Source of the DNA: a phage
Direction: 5' to 3' (one strand)
DNA length: 64,000 bases
Sequence record: OZ346228.1
A program made the translations under genes and the position numbers. This document shows, piece after piece, positions 38,321 through 48,583 of the stretch. Below the pieces are notes generated by a model, which was not told where the DNA came from, made no database searches, and was given only the letters and a program-made list of their open reading frames with translations. The stretch's first letter is position 1; every line of letters begins with the position of its first letter.

Positions 38321-39184
38321 TTAACCGTTGACAGAAGTTAACGTGTTGATTTGATAGAGCAAAGTCTGCATGCTGTCAAATACGTCTTTATCTGTCATTT
38401 GCATTGCAACAGTTTCAGCATCCGGCAACCAATGTTCCTGGCAAAATTTAAGGTTCTTCTCATAGGTTGCTTCAGCATACTGTGCCAGATAATGATCAAT
38501 ATGGCTCATAGTCTGACCACCATATTGAGCACTAGCTACCGCACTAGAGATTTGGCTAAGGATTGTTGTTGCAACCCCTATTGACTTCGGCTTACTGACA
38601 TGGGCGTTACCAATGTTGAATCCGTTTTCCAACATATCTGGATAATTTACCAAACAACAGTTTGTTAACGGACTGATCAAGTAGTCAAGATCATGCACAT
38701 GGATGAATCCTTTATTGTGCTCTTCGGAGACACGGTCTGGCAGGATCTGTGTTGATGCAAGGTGTTTGCTAAGAATACCTGCAAGCAGGTCGCGATGAGT
38801 GTGTACATGATTAGTAGGCTTATTTGCGTTTTCTTTTGTAAATTCATCACAAGTTCGATCCAAGAAGCCACTAATATCTGCAAGCAGTTTTCCACCTGCC
38901 TCTCTGTTATTATCTCTTGTCTGTCTATACTGGATGTATTCTCTGGCTGCACATTTTAAACCCATATCCATAAGAGCATCTTCAACAAGGATATGGATAT
39001 TTTTTACAGAGATCGTGCACTGGTCGGTTGGTAGATTGTTAGCAACAACTTCATTAACCGCGCAGGCGATCCGGTAAGCTTCTTCTTCAGTATGTCCAGA
39101 CTCAAGTAAGGCGGACTCTGCCGCCTTGATCACCTTAATTCCGTTATAGAACTCTTCTCTACCGTCCCGTTTTACAACTTTCAC
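38321..39184 (-). CDS. nrdD: anaerobic ribonucleoside-triphosphate reductase, N-terminal part (ATP-cone)
   Basis: N-terminus MKVVKRDGREEFYNGIKV ATP-cone-like; continues in 36264-37472. Confidence 0.75.
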   Translation of the reverse strand: MKVVKRDGREEFYNGIKVIKAAESALLESGHTEEEAYRIACAVNEVVANNLPTDQCTISVKNIHILVEDALMDMGLKCAAREYIQYRQTRDNNREAGGKLLADISGFLDRTCDEFTKENANKPTNHVHTHRDLLAGILSKHLASTQILPDRVSEEHNKGFIHVHDLDYLISPLTNCCLVNYPDMLENGFNIGNAHVSKPKSIGVATTILSQISSAVASAQYGGQTMSHIDHYLAQYAEATYEKNLKFCQEHWLPDAETVAMQMTDKDVFDSMQTLLYQINTLTSVNG

Positions 39185-39459
39185 TTTTTCTCTCCAAAAC
39201 CATTCTTAACAAAAGAGATGAAATCGTCGGCACCGCCTATATGGACACTGTCAAGATCGCTTTCTAAGAAGATCTGCGGCAACGTTCTGGGGACAATTGG
39301 ACTGCACTTCTCAATAAGCTCTTCTTTTGTGTAGCCCTCGCCAAGTGTCTTATATACAAAAGGCAGACCTTTGCTGATTGCAAATTCTTTTGCTCTGACA
39401 CAATGTGGGCAGTTATCATTACCGTAAATGATGATGAAAAAAGATTTTTCGCAGCTCAT
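39181..39459 (-). CDS. glutaredoxin/NrdH-like redoxin
   Basis: CPHC active-site motif; sits between nrdB and nrdD. Confidence 0.7.
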   Translation of the reverse strand: MSCEKSFFIIIYGNDNCPHCVRAKEFAISKGLPFVYKTLGEGYTKEELIEKCSPIVPRTLPQIFLESDLDSVHIGGADDFISFVKNGFGEKK

Positions 39460-39462
39460 ATA

Positions 39463-40552
39463 TTAAAACTCCCAAATTTCTTCTTCAGCGTCGTTAACAG
39501 TTGTGTTGACGCGGTAGTCAGTGTTCGACATTTCTTGGTTCGCCGTCTGTTGTAATGAAGGTTTCATCCACACCTGCATAAACGGTAGCGGGTCCTTTGT
39601 TGGCGGCACAAAGTCTTTGTCGATGTCGTAGTAATCATAAATCGGTGAGCAGTTATAGTCAACCCACTCTTTAAGCAACGGTGAGTTAAGACCTATAATC
39701 GCTCTTCCTTCGCTGAAAATATAGTCACTCCAACCGTACTCTTTGGTTCGTACTTCATCAAGAATCTCTTTTAACTCCCCCTTTATCTCAAGGAAGCTTT
39801 TCTCCCATGCGGGATCATTAAGCAAGATATCAATGATGGCAAAATCACCTTTCGAATGTAGCATTTCGTCAAGCATGATTTTTTGAACAAGCTGCGCCAC
39901 CTGAACAAAGATACCCTGTTCAGCTACTGCGAAAGTGCATGCAAAACTTGCAATAAACTCAATACTTTCCAGAGCTAAAAGTGCAAAAAGCGCTCTAAGA
40001 ATGCATTTCCGCACAACATCTTCTTCAACACTAGAAGGATCCAGTCGGTATTTTGCACCAATAACCTCAAGCTCTTGCATGTATTTGACAATAACGCCAG
40101 ATCTGCTCAGAACGTTTTGGTTTTCCTGAATCTCTTCTATAATCTCACGGGCATTGGGGAGGCATTGTCTAACAATCTCTGAGTAAGTTAGTGCGTGAAG
40201 AACTTCAATCTCTGACTGTTTCATCAATAGAGTGAAAAGCTCACTATTAGTGATGAATGGTGAAAAGAGGCAGATGATCGATCTTGCCGCAACGCTATCA
40301 GCCTCCCATTGCCACATCAAGGTCTGCACCATCACGTCATAAGTTGACTTTGAGCATGTTACAAAATCTGAAATAGATTGCGACAAATCCACTTCATCCT
40401 CTGCCCAATCTTGCTCTTTTTGTTTTTTGTATAGTTCAAACAGTTGTGGATATTTTTTGTTGATAGAGTCGTACATACCCATTTGCTGTCCCAGAAACAG
40501 CGGATAGTCACCAGTTTTATGAGCGGTGTTCTCAGCATTAAATACAGCCATT
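39463..40552 (-). CDS. nrdB: ribonucleotide reductase class Ia small subunit (R2)
   Basis: Colinear with E. coli NrdB (LFLGQ, WAEDEVD, ALESIEFIASFACTFAVAE, DEMLHS, DYIFSEGRAIIGLN); start set at ATG after RBS agaggtag. Confidence 0.85.
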
Positions 40553-40565
40553 ATTCTACCTCTAA

Positions 40566-40586
40566 AATGGGGCCGAAGCCCCTTTA
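40566..40586 (-). terminator. intercistronic hairpin between nrdA and nrdB
   Basis: aaaggggcttcggccccatttt on the - strand. Confidence 0.4.
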
Positions 40587-40589
40587 AAA

Positions 40590-42905
40590 TTATAGTGCAC
40601 AGCTTTCGCAATACGGATCTTCAACTGAACTATCTGCAATCAAAGGATAGTTCTTTCTGGTTTCATCTTCAGCCTGTTTCTTGGCATGGAGTTCCTCTGC
40701 CAAGGAGTCACCAGCACCAACCCTAGAGTTTAAATAATACCATGTCTTCATCCCGAATTTAGTGGCACGGATAAGGTACCCTAGCTGCTCCTTCATTGAA
40801 ATTTTACCATCTTTCAACTTGGTGTAGTCTATGTATAAATCCGCGCTGATTGCCTGACCTGTGAATTTTTGAATCACAGCATACATATCGATCATGTCGT
40901 TAGTATCAACGTCCCAAGCCGAAGTGTAATACTCTTTCAACTCATCGTATTCAGGAACGATAAACAGCACCTGCCCTTGTGGCGACTTTTTAAAGATAAT
41001 GTGCTCACGGACAGGATAAACCCCGTTAGTGGTGTTTGTTGCCAGCGAAGAGCTTTCATTAGGCATATATGCTTCAAGAACGCTATTACGTAGCCCACCA
41101 TTTTCAATGATTTCTTTACGTAACCCTTCCCAATCCTGTTTAAGAGAAGGATCTTTCACCACACTATCGACCTCTTTGTTATAAGTGTCGATTGGTAACC
41201 AACCTTCTGGATATTTTGTTTTATACATCCACTCGCAGACACCACGCTCTTTTGCCAACCGTAAACTTGCCTTATGCAAGCTGTAGCTGTGAAGTTCTGC
41301 AAGATCGTGAACAAGCTGTTTACTTTCAGGAGATCCGTAAGTAACCTTGTGGCTGGCAATAAAATGTGCAACATTGGTAAGGCCAACCCCGATGGATCTG
41401 CGTTTTTTAACAGTACTCTCCATGTTTTCATACGGATATGCCATGATTTCCATAACATTGTCAATCATAAGCACCGTGTAGTATGCAACATCCTCATACT
41501 CCTCTGGGGTAACCCTTCCAGCTACAAGAGATGACAGGAAGCACAATGCAACCTCACCATCATCAACATCGTACTTGAAGATATTACGCATATCTGAATA
41601 GCCTTTTGTCGGGAGGGCTATTTCTGCACACAGGTTGCTTGAATAGATCACATCTTTAAAAGGTGTATGTCTATTCATCTCATCTGTCCAGTATACGTAC
41701 AGCCTTCCCACCTCAGTACGCTGCGTGATCAGCTCAACAGCAAGATCTCTAGCCCGGATCCATGTCTTAGGAATACTGTCATCTTTAGCAATACGCTCAA
41801 CCTCTGCATCGAACTCCTCCATAGACATGGTGAAGATACCCTCATACAGTTGAGGAGCGTGCTTATAAGAAACAAGCATCCAATCTAAATTCTTAGCCAC
41901 ACGGTTGATAAACGACCTATTAATACCGATGGAGTAGTCCATGGTGTTGATTCTTTTTGAAGCAACAGTCATAGGGTTTCTCAAACGGATTAGCTCATCA
42001 ATCTGCGGGTCCAGTGCAAGGAATGATACTGTTGCAGAACCGCCACGTGATTGTTGTCTGTTCTCCTTAACACCAGCATCAATACCTCGATAATATGGAA
42101 TCTTACCCATGTGTTTAATAGTGTTACCGCGAACACCATCACCTGCAGATCTTGATGATAAATAGTAGCCGATACCTGCTTGGTTAACCGTCATTGTGTA
42201 CGCAACTTCACGTGCCACACCAATAGATTTTGCTGTATCGTCAGCTTTTATTACACAACAAGATGCATACCCTGTCTTACCTGTGCGCAGCCCGTTTAAG
42301 TACGGTGTCGGGGCATTGATCTTTAAGTCGGACAGATAAGTGTATAATTTTACAACATCGTTGATACGACGTTCTTTCGGCATATTCTTCATGACAGCCA
42401 TTGCTATCCCCATAAACATCATCTGGGGAGATTCAAACAAGGTGTCTTTAAGAGTATCCTTGATCCCGTATTTGTCGCGAAACTGTTTAAGGACTGCATA
42501 GCCATAGCCGAGATCTTTACTGTGGTCAATAACAGCGTCTAAAGTGTTTAGCTCGGTAAAGCTATATCCCATATCCTCCCAATACCCTTTCTCAACCATG
42601 TCGTTGTAAAATGATGGTAAGGAAGGGATCTTTGTAAACCCTCCAAAAGCCTCTTTATAAATCTGACCAATAAGAACACGACCAGCCATACGGGAATGTG
42701 CTTCGTCTTTACGGCTAACACAGGAGTCTATGATAGCTTGGTTAACTTCTTTGGTTGTACATCCATCATACAGTCGTTTGTATGCATCCAGTGCAATATG
42801 TGACCAATTGCCGTTACCGTCGTCACCGAAAATAGCTGCCTTATTTAAACGTTCTGGATCGAATGCCACTTCACATCCGTTGCTTTTAATTACCTTGGTG
42901 ATCAA
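40590..42905 (-). CDS. nrdA: ribonucleotide reductase class Ia large subunit (R1) with ATP-cone
   Basis: N-terminal ATP-cone (VIKSNGCEVAFDPERL), 771 aa, C-terminal Cys pair ...CESCAL. Confidence 0.85.
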   Translation of the reverse strand: MITKVIKSNGCEVAFDPERLNKAAIFGDDGNGNWSHIALDAYKRLYDGCTTKEVNQAIIDSCVSRKDEAHSRMAGRVLIGQIYKEAFGGFTKIPSLPSFYNDMVEKGYWEDMGYSFTELNTLDAVIDHSKDLGYGYAVLKQFRDKYGIKDTLKDTLFESPQMMFMGIAMAVMKNMPKERRINDVVKLYTYLSDLKINAPTPYLNGLRTGKTGYASCCVIKADDTAKSIGVAREVAYTMTVNQAGIGYYLSSRSAGDGVRGNTIKHMGKIPYYRGIDAGVKENRQQSRGGSATVSFLALDPQIDELIRLRNPMTVASKRINTMDYSIGINRSFINRVAKNLDWMLVSYKHAPQLYEGIFTMSMEEFDAEVERIAKDDSIPKTWIRARDLAVELITQRTEVGRLYVYWTDEMNRHTPFKDVIYSSNLCAEIALPTKGYSDMRNIFKYDVDDGEVALCFLSSLVAGRVTPEEYEDVAYYTVLMIDNVMEIMAYPYENMESTVKKRRSIGVGLTNVAHFIASHKVTYGSPESKQLVHDLAELHSYSLHKASLRLAKERGVCEWMYKTKYPEGWLPIDTYNKEVDSVVKDPSLKQDWEGLRKEIIENGGLRNSVLEAYMPNESSSLATNTTNGVYPVREHIIFKKSPQGQVLFIVPEYDELKEYYTSAWDVDTNDMIDMYAVIQKFTGQAISADLYIDYTKLKDGKISMKEQLGYLIRATKFGMKTWYYLNSRVGAGDSLAEELHAKKQAEDETRKNYPLIADSSVEDPYCESCAL

Positions 42906-43210
42906 TTTGCTTCCTCCACTTCATCAACGTATTTATCAAGGCAGGTATCAGTATCTTGCTGGATAAAGGTATCCTCTTCTACAGAGATATTTATAATTTT
43001 GCCTGTATACTCGTCATAATAAACATCATCATACATTTTAATATCGTTTGTCAGGCCGTTGAACCAAAGCCAACCAACATACTCTGACCGACTTGCAAAA
43101 CCAAGATCCTTCCACTTGGAGTTATGACTCATCTTCACCACCTTAGCTTTCAATACCGAATAATTTTTCCAGGCGATGCAGATCTTCAAAATTGAAAGGT
43201 TCATCAACAA
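42902..43210 (-). CDS. hypothetical protein
   Basis: ORF. Confidence 0.45.
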   Translation of the reverse strand: MLMNLSILKICIAWKNYSVLKAKVVKMSHNSKWKDLGFASRSEYVGWLWFNGLTNDIKMYDDVYYDEYTGKIINISVEEDTFIQQDTDTCLDKYVDEVEEAN

Positions 43211-43643
43211 TATGAATATCTTCAGCCTTTTCAGATTGTTTTGTATACTTTCTTACATTAACACGATCCTCTACAGGAATATCATACGGAAGATCTTGAA
43301 CAAGCATTGCCTCACCAGGTGCTTTATCCACATCTAAAATATCTACACCGTTATACATTTGCGGGTATCTAAAGTCTGCACGCATGACACCAGCAAATAC
43401 ATCTGCCTTTCGATAATGTGTTGGCTTATTTTTGCATCGAACGTTTTTTCCACGAAGAACATCAATACTTTTTAAATCAAACCCTACGGCAAAGAGTGCA
43501 GCTCGGAGACCGTTTCGTGTGCGAACGTTAAACCCGGGAACGGTAGATAGGAAATCCAAAGTAACTGAAATAAATGTCTTTTTAGGAATCATAACATTAC
43601 TCATATCTGTCTCCATTTCTGGCTCACCAACAAAGTGAGCCAT
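43143..43643 (-). CDS. hypothetical protein
   Basis: 166 aa ORF. Confidence 0.5.
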   Translation of the reverse strand: MAHFVGEPEMETDMSNVMIPKKTFISVTLDFLSTVPGFNVRTRNGLRAALFAVGFDLKSIDVLRGKNVRCKNKPTHYRKADVFAGVMRADFRYPQMYNGVDILDVDKAPGEAMLVQDLPYDIPVEDRVNVRKYTKQSEKAEDIHIVDEPFNFEDLHRLEKLFGIES

Positions 43644-43702
43644 TATTATAGATTATCTAATACTATTAGTCAACACAAAAGTTACCTATCGCTGTGATAG
43701 GA

Positions 43703-44686
43703 TTAACCTTTCACGAAGTGGTTATTAAGCAGTTGTCTGTGCTGAACCCACCCACAAAAGTTGGCAGACCAGAATTTACCATCACGGTCTTGATGGGTTA
43801 CACCTTCCTGCCAAGTACTGATGTCTTGTGTGATTTCACATGAAGACAGGTAGTAGTTTAAACGTTCCATTGCGTTATCGTGATCCATAGGTGTTGCCTG
43901 GTGCTCGTAAGGGCTTGCATGAATACGATCCCCACCAATCAATTTTTTAGCCACACTGTCTGCCTTTTCAAACGTGCTGTCAATATTTCGATAAGATACT
44001 TGTGCACAGCAACTAGCACTGATAGACAGAGCTTCTTTAGTATCGAGAATGCAGAGCTTTCCTTCTGTGTCACGTACAGCGTAGTTAAACTCCCCGTCCA
44101 AATAAACGTGCTCTACATATGGAGTGTGCCATTGACCCGGTTTAAGGATTTCAGGAGTGCTATTCACAAGAGCCTCCCACATACAATTAGCTAACATCTG
44201 AATCGTAGGATCCGCATCGTGCCAGCAACGGAGGTGGAAAAAATTATTCCACTCGGTGCTTGTTACAACTGTTTTCATGCGCTGAAAAGGCTCCACTAAG
44301 CGGTTACATACTTGCTTATGGTAACCAGCAAGGGCAAACTTCTCTGCATGCCAAGCGGCGTTTTTTGCAGCTTCTTTCCAAAACTCTTCCGGAGTTAGCT
44401 CCATATCAGTGTACTCTACACGGATCTTTTGATCGTGTTCCCCACCATCTTCCATTCCTCGCTTATTTACACCGAAGCGAACTGGCATTGCCGGATTCTC
44501 CACAATCTGTTGCAGCATCTTTCCGACAGGCACTGCACGGGAAGACATGGCGTTTCGGCTGAACACTCGGTGCGTCATAAGCTCTGAGTGAATAATTCGA
44601 GGATACTCTAGCTCAAAAGTGGTGATGCGCTTACCTTTCTCGGAAATGCTGTCAGCAATGATCTTTGCAGTGCACAGTTTTAGCAT
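43703..44686 (-). CDS. thyX: ThyX-like (flavin-dependent thymidylate synthase family) protein with variant signature
   Basis: THRVFSRNAMSSRA parallels the ThyX signature RHRxxSxNExSxR with T in place of the first R; 327 aa, longer than typical ThyX. Confidence 0.6.
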   Translation of the reverse strand: MLKLCTAKIIADSISEKGKRITTFELEYPRIIHSELMTHRVFSRNAMSSRAVPVGKMLQQIVENPAMPVRFGVNKRGMEDGGEHDQKIRVEYTDMELTPEEFWKEAAKNAAWHAEKFALAGYHKQVCNRLVEPFQRMKTVVTSTEWNNFFHLRCWHDADPTIQMLANCMWEALVNSTPEILKPGQWHTPYVEHVYLDGEFNYAVRDTEGKLCILDTKEALSISASCCAQVSYRNIDSTFEKADSVAKKLIGGDRIHASPYEHQATPMDHDNAMERLNYYLSSCEITQDISTWQEGVTHQDRDGKFWSANFCGWVQHRQLLNNHFVKG

Positions 44687-44886
44687 TATTTAGCTCTCCT
44701 TGTTTTAATTTTGGAAATTTCGTCTGGGTTTATGTTGGCCTTAAATGCAAGGTATCTGTTGAACATATCGGAGCACATGTCTTGGGTGATCCTGGAGGCA
44801 TACACCAGCTTACCTCCCAGATCATACACCTCTAGCCAGTCACCGTATCTGACTACAGGATCGCCACCTTTAGAACATCTGCCCAT
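44686..44886 (-). CDS. hypothetical protein
   Basis: ORF. Confidence 0.4.
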   Translation of the reverse strand: MGRCSKGGDPVVRYGDWLEVYDLGGKLVYASRITQDMCSDMFNRYLAFKANINPDEISKIKTRRAK

Positions 44887-44887
44887 T

Positions 44888-45481
44888 TCAAATACCTTCT
44901 AAAAACTTTCCTATTTTATACCAGCTATTAGCGGTATAGTCAACACTGACCTTTAACTCCTCAAATTGCTCATAAGGCGTATCTTTTAGGATTTTAATAA
45001 CTTCAGGGCGTGAAGCGAATTGGTTCAGGTATTCATGCCTGTCGTCAATTATAACATCTACAGCCACATTTCCCTTGAAATGCGTGGCGTAGAAGCCGTG
45101 ACCCTGGGTGTGATCGTCCAGATCCATAAAATCACTAGTCCAACGCTTTAAGAACCTTGATTTAGATGCAAGGTGACCTTTCTTGCATACCGAGATAAAT
45201 GCAAGCTTGTGACCACGAGCCACCAAATCTTTCATAACCTCAATAGCCCCCTCTTCAGGCTTAAGAAAGTCGTAGAGGAACGGGTCACTCCAGAAATCAA
45301 AAGGCCCTATGATGTTTTCTTTGGGGCGATCAGGCCAATACTTTGACAGATCGTAATACATTAACCCATTAGAAGGTTTAGTGACTGTCTTACTGGCTGG
45401 ACCATATAAACGCTCCAACCACTCCCACCATGCTGTTCCTGAATCTACCAGTGTCAAATCTACATCAATACCGATTAACAT
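44888..45481 (-). CDS. HAD-superfamily phosphatase/5'-nucleotidase-like
   Basis: N-terminal DxDxT-type motif IGIDVDLTLVDS. Confidence 0.5.
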   Translation of the reverse strand: MLIGIDVDLTLVDSGTAWWEWLERLYGPASKTVTKPSNGLMYYDLSKYWPDRPKENIIGPFDFWSDPFLYDFLKPEEGAIEVMKDLVARGHKLAFISVCKKGHLASKSRFLKRWTSDFMDLDDHTQGHGFYATHFKGNVAVDVIIDDRHEYLNQFASRPEVIKILKDTPYEQFEELKVSVDYTANSWYKIGKFLEGI

Positions 45482-46092
45482 TCTTCTTGGGCCTCTTTAG
45501 CATCAATATACTTGCACACAATCTCCGATGCACATTCCCAAGGTGCACCTTCAGGGTTTACAACATCGAACTCAATTCCTTTTATTCCGTTCTTTTCCAG
45601 ACTTAGATAGGTTCTGGAATCATTTCCCCAGTCATATCCGACACGGTGAATACGGAACAACAACAGATCTCCACCTGTGCTGTACGCGTACTCGCTAAGG
45701 CATGCCAGCTCCTCTTTGAATCCACCATCGGAGTAAACAACAACCCCTTTACCTTTAGGGAAATCTTTCTTCAAAGATGCGACTGCGGCTTTACCGAAAG
45801 CATCTTCACCAAAGATAGGTTTAATCAGATTTTCACTACAATGGATCATCCATTCTCGCGGAGAAACATGCTTGCCGTCTATCATTAAGAAAGGGCAAGG
45901 CTCTTCTTTGTAGTGGCGGTCATAAAGTGCATTCCAGAGTTGAGGAGTTACACCAGCTGCCTTAATTGCCACACTGAAGAGCATCTCCTTAACCTCACGG
46001 TGGTGTGAGTTAGGAATAGCTTCCAACAAGAGATCTGCAATGTGATCCTTACCACTGCTGGGTGGGGCGTTAAGAACAATAATATCCATCAA
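45475..46092 (-). CDS. deoxynucleoside monophosphate kinase (T4 gp1-like)
   Basis: N-terminus MMDIIVLNAPPSSGKDHIADLL resembles T4 gp1 MKLIFLSGVKRSGKDTTADFI. Confidence 0.65.
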   Translation of the reverse strand: MMDIIVLNAPPSSGKDHIADLLLEAIPNSHHREVKEMLFSVAIKAAGVTPQLWNALYDRHYKEEPCPFLMIDGKHVSPREWMIHCSENLIKPIFGEDAFGKAAVASLKKDFPKGKGVVVYSDGGFKEELACLSEYAYSTGGDLLLFRIHRVGYDWGNDSRTYLSLEKNGIKGIEFDVVNPEGAPWECASEIVCKYIDAKEAQEEC

Positions 46093-46292
46093 AAACCTCC
46101 GTGGTATTCTTCAACTGCATCAATAATACTTTTACACTTATCTACCAGCTCGTTAGCCACTACAGCATCGTCTTCCCAAACAGCTTCCTCGATCTGATCA
46201 AGCAATGATCGCATCTTACCCATCATTTCTGGGATAAAGTCTTCTGAAAAGCTGTCTGGAATTGTTAACTTTAGTGTCATTGCGTTCTCCAA
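46089..46292 (-). CDS. hypothetical acidic protein
   Basis: ORF. Confidence 0.4.
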   Translation of the reverse strand: MENAMTLKLTIPDSFSEDFIPEMMGKMRSLLDQIEEAVWEDDAVVANELVDKCKSIIDAVEEYHGGF

Positions 46293-46307
46293 TCATACTA
46301 TGCGTTA

Positions 46308-46766
46308 TTAGAAGTTTGTTTTTACACGTCCCTTTTCATCAACCTCGTTGTTGGCTAGAAGCGTTACAAAGTCTGTGAAACGGACATGAAGAACTCTTTT
46401 CTTATCAAGGTATCCTAAAGCCACCCCTGAGAAATTTAGCATCAAAGGGGCTAAAGAAGCTCTGGCACTGAAATGCTGTTGTTCTACCCTTCCAACACCC
46501 TTAGTGTAGGATGGGTTAAGATTGTAAGTTCTGAATCCCAGTTTTGTTGGAGCTTTAGAATTAAAAACAACTTTATAGCGTTTCTTACTCAACTTATGCT
46601 CCAGGATAAGCATTCCCTTATCACCCTTGATAAGTTGAAAATCTGTAAAGTGCTCTTTTAATACGAAAGGTAGTGCCAGTCCCATCGCCTGCCCCCTTTG
46701 TACCGCTGTCTCACCAAAAGCTTTTGCATCAGTAAGTTCTTTGGTCAAGTCTATGCTTTTGATCAT
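46308..46766 (-). CDS. hypothetical protein
   Basis: ORF. Confidence 0.45.
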   Translation of the reverse strand: MIKSIDLTKELTDAKAFGETAVQRGQAMGLALPFVLKEHFTDFQLIKGDKGMLILEHKLSKKRYKVVFNSKAPTKLGFRTYNLNPSYTKGVGRVEQQHFSARASLAPLMLNFSGVALGYLDKKRVLHVRFTDFVTLLANNEVDEKGRVKTNF

Positions 46767-47577
46767 ACCTAGTCTCCAAAATGTATTGTAGTTCTTTCTT
46801 ACCTATACTCTTCATTCCGGCAGTCTTACCTGCTTCTTCTTGAAAAGAAGAATAGCATTCAGCAAACACTCTGTCAACACCGTCAACTAAAGATTTTATG
46901 AAATATGTTGATTCTTCAGATTTTGGGTCATCCTCCCCCAATACTTTTCCAGCATTATACCCAACACGTCTTACACAGAAGTCGTAGTCATCTGGAGTGC
47001 TAAAAGAAAATAACTTATTCTCCCCAATCTCTACAGGATCCCTGTTGCACGCCTTTTTCTCCCAAATTTGGAAAACACACGGCACGTCATAAGGTTTGCC
47101 ATTAAGTAGAAACGAGTTCTTAGGGCACCTTTCACTGTAGACAAGGTGCATCGACATGTCCAGTTTGTTTGCAAAAAATATTTTTTCAAATGTCCGTGGC
47201 AAGATGAAGGCTATAGCCCCTCCAAGCTCTAGCAATGATGCACAATGGTTAAAGAATTTGCAAGCTAAAGATGAATTCTTGCCAAATGGTGGGTTACCTA
47301 TGAAGACATCTGCCTTGGGATGCACCTCCAAGAAGTTTGCCTGAATGCACGGTGTTGGTCCTTCAAATTCAGGATCTGGTACTAGATCGTAAGACAGTAT
47401 CTCTGAAAATAGTTTTGAAAAAGAACCCCTTCCAGCAGAAGGCTCAACGTATGCACAATTTCCATACTTATCTTTTACTTTACCAACAAGATATTCTGCA
47501 TACTCAGGGTTTGTGTAATATTTGTCGTTGGACTCTTTCTTGCTCAAAGTGCCTCCAAAAGGAAAAGGGAGGCGCAA
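46729..47577 (-). CDS. DNA methyltransferase (amino-MTase, NPPF motif)
   Basis: Motif I-like EPSAGRGSF and motif IV GNPPFG. Confidence 0.7.
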   Translation of the reverse strand: MRLPFPFGGTLSKKESNDKYYTNPEYAEYLVGKVKDKYGNCAYVEPSAGRGSFSKLFSEILSYDLVPDPEFEGPTPCIQANFLEVHPKADVFIGNPPFGKNSSLACKFFNHCASLLELGGAIAFILPRTFEKIFFANKLDMSMHLVYSERCPKNSFLLNGKPYDVPCVFQIWEKKACNRDPVEIGENKLFSFSTPDDYDFCVRRVGYNAGKVLGEDDPKSEESTYFIKSLVDGVDRVFAECYSSFQEEAGKTAGMKSIGKKELQYILETRYDQKHRLDQRTY

Positions 47578-47593
47578 GCCTCCCTATACTTGA

Positions 47594-48583
47594 TTAGATT
47601 ATCTGAATCAGGGTGTTTTTCATTTCTTCTCTGGTACGGATGTTGTTACGGTCACGAACAACAGATCCACAACCTTCGCAGCGATATGTTTTAAATGCAC
47701 TCAGTTGAGTATACGCCAAAGCTTCTTCCTCGTGAAGGTGTTCTCCACCGCAGCGTGGGCAACGAACTTTTGGCTCCTCATCCTGGTAGTACAATGACAT
47801 ATTGGGGTGCTGCTTAGCAAACGGGCGTGCCAGCAAATACAGGCCTTCCAGAGATAGGATATCACCAACATTGTACTCCCGCATCTGTTTAAACGCCTCA
47901 AGATCACCATGAACACACTTGATCCACATTTCAAATGTGTGGTCAATCAGTTTCTGTCGGGCAAGTTGGAAGTATTTGCATGCATACTCCAAAGTGTTTG
48001 CATTCAAACGGAATGCCTTCTTGATCATTTTAAGGGTGTCAACCTCTTTGTATGGGCTTGTTGGAGGCAACCCGTGAAATGCAAATCGTTGGTTTGCCCA
48101 CCCACAGTCAAAACCTGAATTGTGGGCTACTGCGACATCACATTTATCCAGATAATACCACAAGTCCTGAATCAATTCGAGGTCATTGTGAATATCCTCA
48201 TCCCACATTTTGTAATCGGGAAGAGCGCAGTCAACCACACTAGGACTGTCTAACCACTTACCTGCGAAAGTTAGCATATAGGGCATAATTTCAATACCGC
48301 AGGTTTGAATGTTGGTCTTATAGTGCCCAAAGAACCAGCCGTTTGTTGGTGATGTTTCTGTATCATACACCCAAACTTTAGCTCCTTTGTGTTCTTCAAG
48401 GAAGCGCTCAGTTGCTTCTCCTACAATCTCTGACATATTCTCTTGTGCACGTTTAAGCTGTAGTCGGATCCAACTCTCACGTGACTCACGGCCTAAAAAT
48501 TCACGAGCAATTTGTCTATTAGTGTATCCCTGCTGCTTTAGTGTTAAAATTTGCTCAAGAGTTAACTTTGTCATCATCGTCAA
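47594..48583 (-). CDS. DnaQ-like (DEDD) 3'-5' exonuclease with N-terminal HTH-like and C-terminal zinc-ribbon segments
   Basis: Exo I VYDTET, Exo II VAHNSGFD; C-terminal CPRCGG...CEGCG. Confidence 0.6.
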   Translation of the reverse strand: MTMMTKLTLEQILTLKQQGYTNRQIAREFLGRESRESWIRLQLKRAQENMSEIVGEATERFLEEHKGAKVWVYDTETSPTNGWFFGHYKTNIQTCGIEIMPYMLTFAGKWLDSPSVVDCALPDYKMWDEDIHNDLELIQDLWYYLDKCDVAVAHNSGFDCGWANQRFAFHGLPPTSPYKEVDTLKMIKKAFRLNANTLEYACKYFQLARQKLIDHTFEMWIKCVHGDLEAFKQMREYNVGDILSLEGLYLLARPFAKQHPNMSLYYQDEEPKVRCPRCGGEHLHEEEALAYTQLSAFKTYRCEGCGSVVRDRNNIRTREEMKNTLIQII

